Source: Cyanobacteria bacterium auto_48_18 (GTDB lineage: Bacteria > Cyanobacteriota > Vampirovibrionia > Obscuribacterales > Obscuribacteraceae). Taken from it: DNA of 64,000 bases. Under the pieces are notes generated by a model, which made no database searches, had not been told where the DNA came from, and was given only the letters and a program-made list of their open reading frames with translations. The stretch is from the NCBI GenBank assembly GCA_036170915.1, contig JAVHQC010000016.1:32001-96000 (forward strand). Reading direction: 5' to 3'. Numbering within the stretch: the first letter of the stretch is position 1; every line of letters begins with the position of its first letter. Position numbers and translations under genes: made by a program. Shown here piece by piece: positions 38,349 to 49,738 of this stretch.

Positions 38349-38439
38349 TCCTTCCCTGTGCCTGCATTTGCCTACGCAACTGCAATTTCGTGCAGCTTTG
38401 CACGTGCACATAAGTCCAGCCACTCAACAGAGGTAACCG

Positions 38440-41400
38440 ATGGCTTTAGAGTTGTCTGAGCGCGTCCGAACCTTCGGGGCGGGAAGTTCGCGCATCGCGG
38501 ATTTACCTGATCTCGCTGAAATTCAGAAAAGTTCGTTCAAATGGTTTATCGAAGAAGGTCTTGCAGAGGAACTGCGGGCTTTCAGTCCTATCAAGGACTA
38601 CACAGGAAGGTTGGAGCTCCATTTCCTGACAAATTACAATTTTGAGGATCATACTGAGCCTAACAAGCCCAAGACTCCCGAAGACGCCAGAGCGTTAGAT
38701 GCCAGCTTCACCAAGAAGCTGCGTATTCAAATGCGACTGGTCAATCGCGAGATGGGTGAGATTAAGGAGCAAGAGATTTACGTCGGTGACATACCGATGA
38801 TGACCGACCGCGGTACCTTCATTATTAATGGAGCAGAGCGGGTGATCGTTTCTCAGATTGTTCGCTCTCCTGGCATCTACTATAAAAGGGAAGTAGATAC
38901 GAACGGTAAGCGCACATTCTCAGCTACATTGATTCCCAACCGTGGGGCCTGGCTGAAATTTGAAACTGATGTCAATGACATCATCTATGTAAAGATCGAC
39001 AAAAATAGAAAACTTCCTGCCACTACACTGCTGCGTGCCCTGGGCTACTCAGACAGTGAAATGGAAAGTCTTTTCCGTCACAAAGAATTCCTCAAGAAGA
39101 CTCTTGATAAGGATTCCAACAAGACTCGCGAAGATTCATTGATTGAGGTCTACCGCAAACTGCGTCCAGGCGATCCGCCTTCCGTAGCCGGCGGTCAGAG
39201 CATTCTCGACAGCCGTTTCTTTGATGACAAACGTTATGACTTGGGTCGCGTTGGTCGTTACAAGCTCAACAAAAAGCTCAGTCTTTCAGTGCCTGAAGCA
39301 CAACGGACTCTCACAAGAGAAGACATTGTCGCCGCTGTTGACTATCTAATCGGCCTCCACTATGACGAAGGTCACGTGGATGATATCGACCACTTAGGCA
39401 ATCGCCGCATCAGATCTGTGGGTGAGTTGCTGCAGAACCAGTTCAGAATTGGTTTGACCCGTCTGGAAAGAATTGTGCGTGAGCGCATGACTTTGCAAGA
39501 TGCCGACACTCTCACTCCAGCTAACTTGCTTAACACCAAGCCTCTGGTAGCAGCCATTCGCGAGTTCTTCGGATCATCGCAATTGTCTCAGTTCATGGAC
39601 CAGACTAATCCTCTGGCAGAACTCACCCACAAGCGCAGACTGTCTGCTCTTGGACCTGGTGGTTTGTCTCGTGAACGCGCCGGATTTGCTGTTCGAGATA
39701 TTCACCCTAGCCATTACGGACGTATCTGTCCTGTAGAAACTCCTGAAGGTCCTAACGCTGGTCTGATTGGCTCACTGGCTACTCATGCTCGCGTTAACTC
39801 TTACGGTTTCATCGAAACGCCTTATCGCCGTGTTGAAGGTGGTATCGTCACCGACCAGATTCATTACTTAACTGCTGATGAAGAAGATAACTACAGAGTC
39901 GCTCCTGGCGACGCTCCGGTTAACGATGACGGCACATTTGTTCATCCACTGGTGCCTGTGCGTTACCGCGCAGAGTTTATTGAAACCGGCCCCGAACAAG
40001 TTGACTATGTGGGCGTCAGCCCAATTCAAATTGTCTCTGTGGGAACGGCCTTGATTCCATTCCTCGAGCACGATGACGCCAACCGCGCCCTCATGGGTTC
40101 GAACATGCAACGTCAGTCTGTGCCTCTGGTACGTACTGAAAGACCACTGGTGACAACCGGTATTGAGCGTCAATCAGCCAGAGACTCAGGCATGGTGATC
40201 GTGGCCGATTGTGAAGGTAAAGCAGAATACGTTTCCGCTACATCTATACATATCCGCACCAAAGACAAACGCCTCGTCAAATACAGACTGTCGAAGTTCC
40301 AGCGCTCCAACCAGGATACTTGCTTGAACCAGAAACCAATTTTGCGTGTTGGCGACAGCTGCAAACCTGGTGACGTGATCGCCGACGGTGCTGCCACCAA
40401 CACTGGTGAACTATCTGTAGGTCGTAACCTGCTCGTGGCCTTTATGCCATGGGAAGGCTACAACTTTGAAGATGCGATTTTGATTAGCCAGCGTCTGGTT
40501 TTCGAAGATGTATTGACTTCCATTCACATCGAGAAACTAGAAATCGATGCTCGCTCAACCAAGCTTGGTCCTGAAGAAATCACCCGTGAAGTGCCAAACG
40601 TCTCGGAAGAATCTTTGCGCCACCTGGATGAAAACGGCATCGTGCGCATCGGTTCAAGAGTTTATCCTGACGATATTCTCGTGGGCAAAATCACTCCTAA
40701 AGGTGAATCCGAGCATCCTCCTGAAGAAAAACTTCTACGAGCAATCTTCGGTGAAAAAGCACGCGACGTGCGCGACAACTCGTTAAGAGTGCCGCACGGA
40801 GAAGGCGGACGCGTAGTAGACGTTAAAGTCTTCGACCGCGAAAAAGGTGACGAACTGCCACCTGTTGCCAACAAAGTGGTGCGCGTCTATATCGCTCAGA
40901 AACGTAAAGTTTCAGTGGGCGACAAGGTTGCGGGCCGCCACGGTAACAAAGGTATCGTCGCTAAAATTCTGCCAACAGAAGATATGCCATTCTTGCCTGA
41001 CGGTACACCAGTCGACATCGTTCTTAATCCGCTGGGCGTACCAAGCCGGATGAACGTTGGTCAAACTTTTGAAACACTGCTTGGTCTAGCAGCGATGCTC
41101 ACCAATCAGCGTTATGAAGTGCCACCATTCGACGAAATGTACGAAAAAGAAGCTTCTTATATGAGCGTCAACCGCGAAGTCGTAAAAGGCAAAGCGATGA
41201 CAGGCTTCGATTGGATTGGCGATGACGGAAAAGTCACCTTATATGATGGCCGCTCCGGCGACGCTTTCGAAAATCCAGTATCGGTAGGCAAAATCTACAT
41301 GATGAAACTCGTTCACTTGGTGGACGATAAGATTCACGCTCGTTCAACTGGTCCTTACAGCTTGGTTACACAGCAACCGCTGGGTGGTAAAGCGCAATTT

Positions 41401-41973
41401 GGTGGTCAGCGTCTGGGAGAAATGGAATGCTGGGCTCTTGAAGCCTTCGGCGCCGGTTACTCTCTGCAAGAAATGCTCACCATCAAGTCAGATGACGTTA
41501 ACGGCAGATCGAAAGCTTATGAATCAATCGTTAAGGGTGAAAACCTGAGACGTCCTGGAATTCCTGAGTCATTCAAAGTGCTGGTTCGCGAACTGCAATC
41601 AATCGGTCTTGATGTTTCTGTGGCTAAGCGCACTCGTGAAGGCCAAGAAGTAGAAGTCGATTTGATGACAGAAGTGGAAGAAGTTCGACCACGCGGACTG
41701 CGCAGATTGAGTCCATTCGGTGAAATCGGTCTGGAGTCTGAGCTCGCTGAGCTCTCACGCCATACTGCTATTCCAGCTTCGGCAGTCGCTACTGTGGACT
41801 CTGAAGAAGGTGAAGAAGGTGATGTGGCTGACGAAGGATTCGATCCTCTCGCACTGCTCACGCCTGTTGTTGCACCTATCGTCGGAGCCGTTGAAGCCCT
41901 TGTTGGAGCCGTGGAAGATTTGTTTGCTCCTGAAGTAGACGACGATCTGGTCGACGATTCTGACGACGCCTAA
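38440..41973 (+). CDS. rpoB: DNA-directed RNA polymerase subunit beta
   Basis: [25 protein letters not shown] and [13 protein letters not shown] motifs. Confidence 0.99.
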   Translation: MALELSERVRTFGAGSSRIADLPDLAEIQKSSFKWFIEEGLAEELRAFSPIKDYTGRLELHFLTNYNFEDHTEPNKPKTPEDARALDASFTKKLRIQMRLVNREMGEIKEQEIYVGDIPMMTDRGTFIINGAERVIVSQIVRSPGIYYKREVDTNGKRTFSATLIPNRGAWLKFETDVNDIIYVKIDKNRKLPATTLLRALGYSDSEMESLFRHKEFLKKTLDKDSNKTREDSLIEVYRKLRPGDPPSVAGGQSILDSRFFDDKRYDLGRVGRYKLNKKLSLSVPEAQRTLTREDIVAAVDYLIGLHYDEGHVDDIDHLGNRRIRSVGELLQNQFRIGLTRLERIVRERMTLQDADTLTPANLLNTKPLVAAIREFFGSSQLSQFMDQTNPLAELTHKRRLSALGPGGLSRERAGFAVRDIHPSHYGRICPVETPEGPNAGLIGSLATHARVNSYGFIETPYRRVEGGIVTDQIHYLTADEEDNYRVAPGDAPVNDDGTFVHPLVPVRYRAEFIETGPEQVDYVGVSPIQIVSVGTALIPFLEHDDANRALMGSNMQRQSVPLVRTERPLVTTGIERQSARDSGMVIVADCEGKAEYVSATSIHIRTKDKRLVKYRLSKFQRSNQDTCLNQKPILRVGDSCKPGDVIADGAATNTGELSVGRNLLVAFMPWEGYNFEDAILISQRLVFEDVLTSIHIEKLEIDARSTKLGPEEITREVPNVSEESLRHLDENGIVRIGSRVYPDDILVGKITPKGESEHPPEEKLLRAIFGEKARDVRDNSLRVPHGEGGRVVDVKVFDREKGDELPPVANKVVRVYIAQKRKVSVGDKVAGRHGNKGIVAKILPTEDMPFLPDGTPVDIVLNPLGVPSRMNVGQTFETLLGLAAMLTNQRYEVPPFDEMYEKEASYMSVNREVVKGKAMTGFDWIGDDGKVTLYDGRSGDAFENPVSVGKIYMMKLVHLVDDKIHARSTGPYSLVTQQPLGGKAQFGGQRLGEMECWALEAFGAGYSLQEMLTIKSDDVNGRSKAYESIVKGENLRRPGIPESFKVLVRELQSIGLDVSVAKRTREGQEVEVDLMTEVEEVRPRGLRRLSPFGEIGLESELAELSRHTAIPASAVATVDSEEGEEGDVADEGFDPLALLTPVVAPIVGAVEALVGAVEDLFAPEVDDDLVDDSDDA

Positions 41974-42017
41974 GCTAGCTAAAAACCTGATATTCAAAGA
42001 GAGGACTGTCATCTAAT

Positions 42018-43817
42018 ATGACTACGAGTATTGACCGTTTTGACTACATCAAAATTGGAATCGCATCACCGGAACGTATCCTTAGCTGGTCACATGGCGA
42101 AGTAACAAAACCGGAAACCATTAACTACCGTACTCTCAAACCTGAGAAAGACGGTCTGTTTTGCGAACGCATTTTTGGACCATCAAAAGACTGGGAATGC
42201 TATTGCGGTAAATATAAAAGAGTGCGTCACAGAGGCATCACTTGCGAACGTTGCGGCGTTGAAGTAACTGATTCCAAAGTGCGTCGTCACCGCATGGGCC
42301 ATATCAAACTGGCTTCACCAGTGACTCACATCTGGTTCCTCAAAGGTATTCCAAGCTATATCGGTTTGCTTCTCGATTTGCCTTTGCGCGATTTAGAGCA
42401 AGTGGTGTACTTCAATGCTTATGCGGTGACCAACCAGGGTAACTCGCCAGATTTGCACAAGAATCAACTTCTTGCTGAAGACGAGTACGAGAAACTCTTA
42501 GAAGATCCAAACATGCAGTTTGACGTCGGTATCGGTGCAGAAGCTGTTAAACAGCTCTTGTTCGATATTGCCAGACCGCAATACGAGCGTCCTGATAACA
42601 AAGACGATCGCGGCAGATTGCTTGAATTACCTGGTTTGAAAGAACTCTCTAAGCAATTACGTGAAGAACTGGCTGGCGCCGGCGGCTCGCAACAGAAGCG
42701 AGCAAAAATCATCAAGCGTCTGCGTTTGGTGGAAGCTCTCGTTAATTCCCACACTGACCCAACCTGGGTTGTGCTCGATAATCTACCGGTGACACCACCT
42801 GATTTGCGCCCCATGGTGCAGTTGGATGGTGGACGATTCGCTACTTCAGACTTGAACGATCTGTATCGCCGAGTAATCAACCGCAATAACCGTCTGGCTC
42901 GTCTGCTCGAGATGGGCGCTCCTGAAATCATCGTGCGTAACGAAAAGCGTATGTTGCAAGAAGCTGTTGACGCTTTAATTGATAACGGTAGACGCGGTCG
43001 CGTGGTGGTTGGTCCAAACAACCGTCCACTGAAATCACTCTCGAACATTATCGAAGGTAAGCAAGGTCGTTTCCGTCAGAACTTGCTCGGTAAGCGGGTT
43101 GACTACTCAGGACGATCTGTAATCGTAGTTGGTCCAACTCTCAAATTGCACCAGTGCGGTTTGCCTAGAGAAATGGCTCTTGAGCTCTTCAAGCCATTTG
43201 TAATCAACAAACTGATTGAAAGACAGATTGTTCAGAACATCAAATCTGCCAAGAAACAAATCGAAAAAGGCTCAGCCATCGTCTGGGAAATTCTTGAAGA
43301 AGTTATTCAAGGACACCCTGTACTCCTGAACCGCGCTCCTACACTGCACAGACTGGGTATTCAAGCTTTTGAACCAGTACTGGTGGAAGGCCGCGCTATT
43401 CAGTTGCACCCGCTTGTTTGTTCGGCATTCAACGCCGACTTCGACGGTGACCAAATGGCCGTGCACGTTCCTCTGTCAGTTGAAGCTCAAGCTGAAGCAC
43501 ATATGCTGATGCTGGCTTCGAATAACACACTTCTTCCGGCTACCGGACGTCCAACCATCACTCCTACTCAGGATATGGTGCTTGGTATTTATTACCTGAC
43601 TATCGAAAAGCCAGGCAATGATGATCCGAAAGTTTGTCGTGGTGCCGGCATGAGATTTGTCTCTTTAGCTGATGCAAGATCTGCTTACGAAGCTGGAATT
43701 CTTGATTTGCACGCCAAAATCAACGTGCGTGATGTGGACGGCAAAATGGTTGCCACCACTCCCGGACGAGTTATCTTCAACGAAGTGGTACGCGAAGCCA
43801 TTCTAGTAATCAACTAG
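42018..43817 (+). CDS. rpoC1: RNA polymerase subunit gamma (N-terminal half of split beta')
   Basis: Zn finger and [12 protein letters not shown] active site; ends after 599 aa. Confidence 0.98.
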   Translation: MTTSIDRFDYIKIGIASPERILSWSHGEVTKPETINYRTLKPEKDGLFCERIFGPSKDWECYCGKYKRVRHRGITCERCGVEVTDSKVRRHRMGHIKLASPVTHIWFLKGIPSYIGLLLDLPLRDLEQVVYFNAYAVTNQGNSPDLHKNQLLAEDEYEKLLEDPNMQFDVGIGAEAVKQLLFDIARPQYERPDNKDDRGRLLELPGLKELSKQLREELAGAGGSQQKRAKIIKRLRLVEALVNSHTDPTWVVLDNLPVTPPDLRPMVQLDGGRFATSDLNDLYRRVINRNNRLARLLEMGAPEIIVRNEKRMLQEAVDALIDNGRRGRVVVGPNNRPLKSLSNIIEGKQGRFRQNLLGKRVDYSGRSVIVVGPTLKLHQCGLPREMALELFKPFVINKLIERQIVQNIKSAKKQIEKGSAIVWEILEEVIQGHPVLLNRAPTLHRLGIQAFEPVLVEGRAIQLHPLVCSAFNADFDGDQMAVHVPLSVEAQAEAHMLMLASNNTLLPATGRPTITPTQDMVLGIYYLTIEKPGNDDPKVCRGAGMRFVSLADARSAYEAGILDLHAKINVRDVDGKMVATTPGRVIFNEVVREAILVIN

Positions 43818-43884
43818 TTTTACTGGTTATCAAAATAACTAGAGCTTCAGCGGTTTTTCAAAACCTTTATTTAAAGAGGGACTA

Positions 43885-46800
43885 ATGGTCACAGCAGGCG
43901 ATAAGAAGAAAGAAACAATGGATTTCATCAACACCACTGTTGATAAGAAGAAGCTCGGCAATCTTCTATCAGATGTGTATGAGAGATTCGGCACAGCAAG
44001 AACGGCCGAACTGGCCAACTCGCTGAAAAATTTGGGCTTTAAGTTTGCCACCAAAGCCGGCGTCACCGTTTCAATCGATGACTTAGATGTACCGGAAGCC
44101 AAAAAAGGCTTGATTTCGGCTGCAGAAAAAGAAATCGAAGAAGCGCAGCGTCGTTACGAGCGTGGTGATATCACAGAAGTAGAACGCTACAACAAAGTAA
44201 TCGACACCTGGTCAGCCACCACCGACCAGTTGACTAAAGAAGTTGTAGATAACTTTGATCGCTTGAACCCCGTATACATGATGGCTTTCTCCGGAGCTAG
44301 AGGTAACATCTCTCAGGTTCGTCAGTTAGTTGGTATGCGTGGTCTGATGGCTGACTCACAAGGTCAGATCATCGACTTGCCGATTAAGTCGAACTTCCGT
44401 GAAGGCTTGAACGTTACCGAGTACATCATCTCTTCTTATGGCGCCAGAAAGGGCCTTGTAGATACAGCTCTGAAAACCGCCGACTCAGGATACTTGACCA
44501 GAAGACTGGTTGACGTTGCTCAAGATGTGATTGTGCGTGAACCAGACTGCGGCACCGTACGCGGTATCTTCATGCAACCGATTGCAGAAGGCGACAAAGA
44601 CTTAGTGACATTGCAAGAGCGCATCTTTGGCCGCTCAGCATCTGTTGACGTAGCTGATCCTAATACCGGTGAAGTACTGGTTCGCGCAGGCGAACTAATC
44701 AGCCGCAAAATGGCCGCTACTCTCGACGAAACACTAAAAAGACCAAACAAAGTAGTAATGGTGCGCAGCCCACTGACTTGCGAAAGCCAGTATGGCGTTT
44801 GCCAGAAGTGCTACGGTTGGGCCCTCACCAGCCACCGCCCAGTTGACCAGGGTGAAGCGATTGGTATTATCGCCGCTCAGTCAATCGGTGAACCAGGAAC
44901 ACAGCTGACTATGAGAACGTTCCACACTGGTGGTGCGGTATCAGGCGGTAAGAGCCGTAACCAGGTCAAAGCACCTGCTAAAGGCGTTGTTTCATTCAAA
45001 ATTCAAAGCCGTTCTATGCGCACCGCCTACGGTGACGTTATGGAACAGACAACTCGCGATGGCGTGATGAAAGTCACTGTGGGCGAGAAAGAACATTCAT
45101 TCCCAGTTCCAGTCGGCACACTGCTCTTCTTGCCCACTGGCTCTGAAGTAGTAGCCGGACAGATTCTGGCTGAGTACGATCCACCAGGTTCGAAGAAGAA
45201 CTTGACCGAGCGCGCCAGCAAAGACATCACCGCCGACATCTCCGGCCGTATTATGTTCCAGAATTTCCAGGCTGACGAAAAACGCGACCGTCAGGGCAAC
45301 ATCTCAAGAACAGCCAACCGTGCCGGTATCATTTGGGTACTGGAAGGCGACGTGTACAACTTGCCATCAGGCGCTCACGTAGTGGTCAAAGATGGTCAAG
45401 ACGTAAACGCATTAGATGTGTTGGCCGAAATTCAAATCACTTCCGAGCATGGTGGTGAAGTTAGATTTGGTCCTGAAATCGAGACTGAAACAGTCAAAAT
45501 CTCCAAGACTAAATCACAAGTAAGACTGACCAAGGGCAAAGAGATGAATGTGATCATCGCCTCGGTCGGTGCTAATAACGCCAAGCTTGAGCCTGGTCAA
45601 AAAGGCCACATCTGGAGAGTCTCTAAGCAAAAAGAATCGTTCGCCATTAAAGTGGTAAACGAAGAAGTTGTAGAGAACGGTAAAATTATTGCTGAGTTAG
45701 TTGATGACGGCTTGAACGTAGTCAGCTGCGGCGGCGAAATTATTTATGACGGCGTTGAAATCGACGATCGCCGCGTAGTCACCAAAGCCGGCAAAGTGCT
45801 CTTCGTTCCTGAAGAAGTACACTTCATCTCTAAAGACTCTTCACTGAAAATGTCTGAGACTGGTGAAACAGTTACAGCGGGTCAGGAAGTGGTTAAAGAT
45901 GTCTTCGCTCACATGGAAGGTATCGTTGAAATCATTGCCGATAACGACATTATTCACGAAGTAATTGTCAGACCAGGTGACCTGGTGCCAATCGGCGATC
46001 CATCTGAAGTGAAAGTACCTGAAGGCCAGATTGTTGAGCCAGGCACTGAGATTGTCGAAGGCTATGCCTACAAAGATCGCAAGCTGGTTAACCTCTTCGA
46101 AAAAGAAGATGGTTCCTGCTACGTCATTGTTCGTCCAGTAGAAGAGTATTGGATTGAGCCTAGAGAGACCAAGTTCAAGCATAAAGCCACTGATGAAAAA
46201 ATCTCCCTGCGCTCTGTCACCCAACTTCTGTTCCGTGACCGAGAAAAGGTTCGCCACATTCAAGGCGCGCAGTTGACCAGAACTTCTCTAGTTCTGCAAA
46301 TGCAAGGCCACCTGCAATCTCTCAAGGGTATTGTAGAAATGGGCGAAGACCTCAATATCGTTGTGCAAGAAAATATTCTCTTGCGCCGCGAACAAGATCT
46401 GAACGTCACTCTGCTTTCTGTTGAACATGGACAAATCATTGACGCTAAATCAGCTGTTGCCACCACGCAAGTGCTGACCAGAACCGATGCCCGCGTACAA
46501 CTGTCTAAGACTGACGAACGCAGAATTCTGCTCGTCACCGAAGAACAGCAAGTACACCAGAAAATCAAAGGCACTTGCAACCTGAAAGAGGGCGATTTGA
46601 TTCGCTTCGGCGATCCGCTTTCCAAAGCCTCCACCGCTTGCATTTCAGGACAAATCGTCTCCAATGAAGGAGCTGAAATTGTCTTGAGAAAAGGCCGTCC
46701 GTATCTGATCTCAGTCAACACACAATTACAGTGCGAAGACGGAAACCTGGTACAACGGGGCGATTTGCTGGCCACACTGATATTTGAACGTCAGAAAACC

Positions 46801-47580
46801 GGAGACATCGTTCAGGGTCTGCCTAGAGTTGAAGAAGTTCTGGAAGCAAGAAAACCTAAAGAAGCTGCCATTCTCGCTGAGCGTGAAGGCAAAGCTAAAC
46901 TGGTCACCGAAGATGACACCACAAGACTCTACATAGTCTTTGGTGATGGCACTGAAGAAGAAATTCCAATTCCTCAAGGTCTCAACATCATCTTAGAAGA
47001 CGGCGACGCTGTCACTTTAGGTATGCCACTGACCGACGGCCCACCGAACCCGCACGATATCGTCAGACTGCGCGGCATTGAAGCTGCTCAGAAATATCTG
47101 GTAGATGAAGTGCAGTCGGTTTACCGCTCGCAAGGTGTAGAAATTGCCGACAAACACATCGAAGTAATCGTCAGACAAATGACTCGCAAAGTCAGAGTCG
47201 ATGATCCGAAAGACACGATCATGTTGCCGGGCGAACTGATGGAGCGCTATCACATCGACCAGGAGAACGAGAAATCGGCTCAACAAGGTCTTGAAGGTGC
47301 TACATACACTGATGTATTGCTTGGTATCACCAAGGCATCACTGAACACCGAGTCATTCATCTCTGCCGCATCATTCCAGGAAACCACAAGAATTCTGACT
47401 GAAGCTGCTGTAGAAGGTAAGAAAGACTGGTTGCGCGGTCTGAAAGAGAACGTCATCATCGGCCGTCTCATTCCTGCGGGTACTGGCTTCCAGGGCCACG
47501 CCATGCCGGTTGAAGAAGAGGAAGAAGAAGAAGATATCTATCCACCAATCGGTGAAGGTAGCTTCAACGTTCCTGCTTAA
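43885..47580 (+). CDS. rpoC2: RNA polymerase subunit beta' (C-terminal half of split beta')
   Basis: GARKGLVDTALKTADSGYLTRRLVDV, GEPGTQLTMRTFH and SFISAASFQETT motifs; large insertion in the trigger loop. Confidence 0.98.
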   Translation: MVTAGDKKKETMDFINTTVDKKKLGNLLSDVYERFGTARTAELANSLKNLGFKFATKAGVTVSIDDLDVPEAKKGLISAAEKEIEEAQRRYERGDITEVERYNKVIDTWSATTDQLTKEVVDNFDRLNPVYMMAFSGARGNISQVRQLVGMRGLMADSQGQIIDLPIKSNFREGLNVTEYIISSYGARKGLVDTALKTADSGYLTRRLVDVAQDVIVREPDCGTVRGIFMQPIAEGDKDLVTLQERIFGRSASVDVADPNTGEVLVRAGELISRKMAATLDETLKRPNKVVMVRSPLTCESQYGVCQKCYGWALTSHRPVDQGEAIGIIAAQSIGEPGTQLTMRTFHTGGAVSGGKSRNQVKAPAKGVVSFKIQSRSMRTAYGDVMEQTTRDGVMKVTVGEKEHSFPVPVGTLLFLPTGSEVVAGQILAEYDPPGSKKNLTERASKDITADISGRIMFQNFQADEKRDRQGNISRTANRAGIIWVLEGDVYNLPSGAHVVVKDGQDVNALDVLAEIQITSEHGGEVRFGPEIETETVKISKTKSQVRLTKGKEMNVIIASVGANNAKLEPGQKGHIWRVSKQKESFAIKVVNEEVVENGKIIAELVDDGLNVVSCGGEIIYDGVEIDDRRVVTKAGKVLFVPEEVHFISKDSSLKMSETGETVTAGQEVVKDVFAHMEGIVEIIADNDIIHEVIVRPGDLVPIGDPSEVKVPEGQIVEPGTEIVEGYAYKDRKLVNLFEKEDGSCYVIVRPVEEYWIEPRETKFKHKATDEKISLRSVTQLLFRDREKVRHIQGAQLTRTSLVLQMQGHLQSLKGIVEMGEDLNIVVQENILLRREQDLNVTLLSVEHGQIIDAKSAVATTQVLTRTDARVQLSKTDERRILLVTEEQQVHQKIKGTCNLKEGDLIRFGDPLSKASTACISGQIVSNEGAEIVLRKGRPYLISVNTQLQCEDGNLVQRGDLLATLIFERQKTGDIVQGLPRVEEVLEARKPKEAAILAEREGKAKLVTEDDTTRLYIVFGDGTEEEIPIPQGLNIILEDGDAVTLGMPLTDGPPNPHDIVRLRGIEAAQKYLVDEVQSVYRSQGVEIADKHIEVIVRQMTRKVRVDDPKDTIMLPGELMERYHIDQENEKSAQQGLEGATYTDVLLGITKASLNTESFISAASFQETTRILTEAAVEGKKDWLRGLKENVIIGRLIPAGTGFQGHAMPVEEEEEEEDIYPPIGEGSFNVPA

Positions 47581-47607
47581 GCTGGGCATAGCTCAAATGG
47601 AAATATT

Positions 47608-47661
47608 AAAGACCCTCTTGCGAGGGTCTTTTTTTTGGGGTCTCTCGCAAGAGGGTCTTTT
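47608..47661 (+). terminator. rpo operon terminator with an inverted second copy
   Basis: AAAGACCCTC-ttgc-GAGGGTCTTT plus T-run, then CTCGCAAGAGGGTCTTT, the reverse complement of 47608-47624. Confidence 0.85.
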
Positions 47662-47784
47662 ATGTCTTCGAAAAAAAAAGATCTACTTGAGCGATTTGTG
47701 CAAGTTTTGTGCAATGGCAATAAGTTGATTCTTTGGCGTTCTAATAGACTAGAATATGGTCCCCATTTTACAGTCTGCTAAATT

Positions 47785-48459
47785 ATGTCTCGCATTTTGG
47801 TTGTAGAAGATGAAGAAGGTTTATCTGGAGCCATTCAAGAATGGCTTGAAGAGGAATGCTACGTCGTATCGGTTATTAGTGACGGAGCTATTGCACTGGA
47901 AAAACTTCTGGCTGAACCTTACGAGCTTGTTTTACTAGACTGGATGCTGCCTAATTTAAGCGGAGTCGACATCTGTCGAAGTTATCGGGCGTCTGGTGGA
48001 AAAACGCCCATTCTTTTGCTGACGGCTAAGAGTACTCTAGCGGCAAAAGAAGAAGGACTCGACAGCGGCGCTGATGATTATTTGACCAAACCATTTAACA
48101 TGCGTGAGCTTTCGGCCCGAGTGAGGGCGCTTTTGCGCAGGCCCAAGACTCAGCCTCAGATTTTATTGGCAGCCGGCAATATCAAATTAAATAGAAATTC
48201 TCGCACGGTGACAAAGAACGAGCAGACTCTTAAACTGTTGCCGAAAGAATTTATACTGTTGGAAGTTTTAATGCGACATCAACAGACGGTCTTGAGCACT
48301 GAGGAGTTGATGGATCATGTCTGGGGTGCTAATGCACAAATTGCACCAGATACGGTGCGTTCCCATATTAAGGCTCTGCGAAAGAAAATCGACGATCCTC
48401 TTGGGTCTTCAATCATCAAAACCGTGCATGGGATGGGCTATATGATTGAGGCTGATTGA
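47785..48459 (+). CDS. OmpR-family response regulator
   Basis: ILVVEDE, LDWMLP, GADDYLTKPF and TVHGMGY motifs. Confidence 0.95.
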   Translation: MSRILVVEDEEGLSGAIQEWLEEECYVVSVISDGAIALEKLLAEPYELVLLDWMLPNLSGVDICRSYRASGGKTPILLLTAKSTLAAKEEGLDSGADDYLTKPFNMRELSARVRALLRRPKTQPQILLAAGNIKLNRNSRTVTKNEQTLKLLPKEFILLEVLMRHQQTVLSTEELMDHVWGANAQIAPDTVRSHIKALRKKIDDPLGSSIIKTVHGMGYMIEAD

Positions 48460-48461
48460 GC

Positions 48462-49736
48462 ATGTTTAAGCACTTTCGCTGGCAAATAGCACTCTGGTTT
48501 TTGGGTCTGTCAACGGCAGTTTATTTCGCATTTGCCATCTTGGGAGGCTTGTATTTTTATGGCAGTCTTTCTAGTGCTATGGATGACGAATTAAAAGTTG
48601 TAGCCTCGCAGATTGGACATGCCATCCATTTAGATGGTGCAAAACCGTCATTTCGCGATTGGTTGAGGGTAGTTGAAACCGAGCCGGCACGCTCCATTAT
48701 GAGCATGCAACTTTTTGATTCTTCTGGACAACTGTTGGAGCACTATGGTCCAGTGGGAATTCCAAAGTTGGTTACGGATAGGGTAGAGATTTCTGAAGGC
48801 GCACTAACTATGCGCATTCGCCATACAAAACTGATTCATAAGGGCGTTTTAGTTGGTTTTTTGCAATTGCAGCTGCCGACAACCAAACGAAGTGAAGTGA
48901 CCAGAGAGTTCCTGATGACTATGACAGTAATGGCACCTTTGATTTTAGTTGGATTCGGCCTTTGTGGTTATTTCGTGTCAGGCATTGCTGCTAGACCCAT
49001 AGAAGGGCTTGTGGGAACTTTGCAGCGCTTTGTCGCTGATGCGAGCCATGAGCTAAATACACCGGCCAGCATCCTGCAAGCTCGAGCTCAATCACTGGAA
49101 AGAAAACTGTCCAAGCTTGGTCTATACGAAGACGATCTTCGAATTATTGCCTCTTCCGCTGAACGAATGGGCTACATCGTCAAAAAGTTGATGATGTTAG
49201 CCGAATTAGACAGTCAAAATCAGGATTCGGTTAAAACAAAAGTTGAGCTAAAGGAGCTTGTGGAAGCTGTGATCACCGAGTTTTCCGAACCGTTCGATGA
49301 GAAAAGTATCGTCCTTAGATTGGGTGTTGTAGACGAGGTCTCCTTTGTGGCGGCCAGAGAATCACTACATTGCATTCTGGCAAATCTCCTAGAGAATGCG
49401 CTCAAATATACAGAGCCGGGCGGTTGTGTGACTGTAAGTTGTGTTGTCAGCGGCGCGGAGGTTCGCCTTACGGTGCAGGATACGGGCATTGGAATACCGG
49501 CAGAATCTTTGCCGTACATTTTTGATCGATTTTACAGAGTCGACAAATCCCGCAGTAGGTCGTCAGGCGGTTCTGGGCTTGGCCTGTCAATAGTTAAGAC
49601 CATTGTTGATAGACTGCACGGTCGGGTATTGGTCGATAGCCGCCCCGGAGAAGGTAGCCAATTTCAAGTGGTATTCCCGATTAACAGAGCCGCTATTGCA
49701 CGAAATTTGCACACAAATTCTGAGGCGATCCAATAA
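48462..49736 (+). CDS. Sensor histidine kinase
   Basis: Two TM helices; FVADASHELNTP, NLLENALKY, DTGIGI and GSGLGL motifs. Confidence 0.93.
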   Translation: MFKHFRWQIALWFLGLSTAVYFAFAILGGLYFYGSLSSAMDDELKVVASQIGHAIHLDGAKPSFRDWLRVVETEPARSIMSMQLFDSSGQLLEHYGPVGIPKLVTDRVEISEGALTMRIRHTKLIHKGVLVGFLQLQLPTTKRSEVTREFLMTMTVMAPLILVGFGLCGYFVSGIAARPIEGLVGTLQRFVADASHELNTPASILQARAQSLERKLSKLGLYEDDLRIIASSAERMGYIVKKLMMLAELDSQNQDSVKTKVELKELVEAVITEFSEPFDEKSIVLRLGVVDEVSFVAARESLHCILANLLENALKYTEPGGCVTVSCVVSGAEVRLTVQDTGIGIPAESLPYIFDRFYRVDKSRSRSSGGSGLGLSIVKTIVDRLHGRVLVDSRPGEGSQFQVVFPINRAAIARNLHTNSEAIQ

Positions 49737-49738
49737 TA

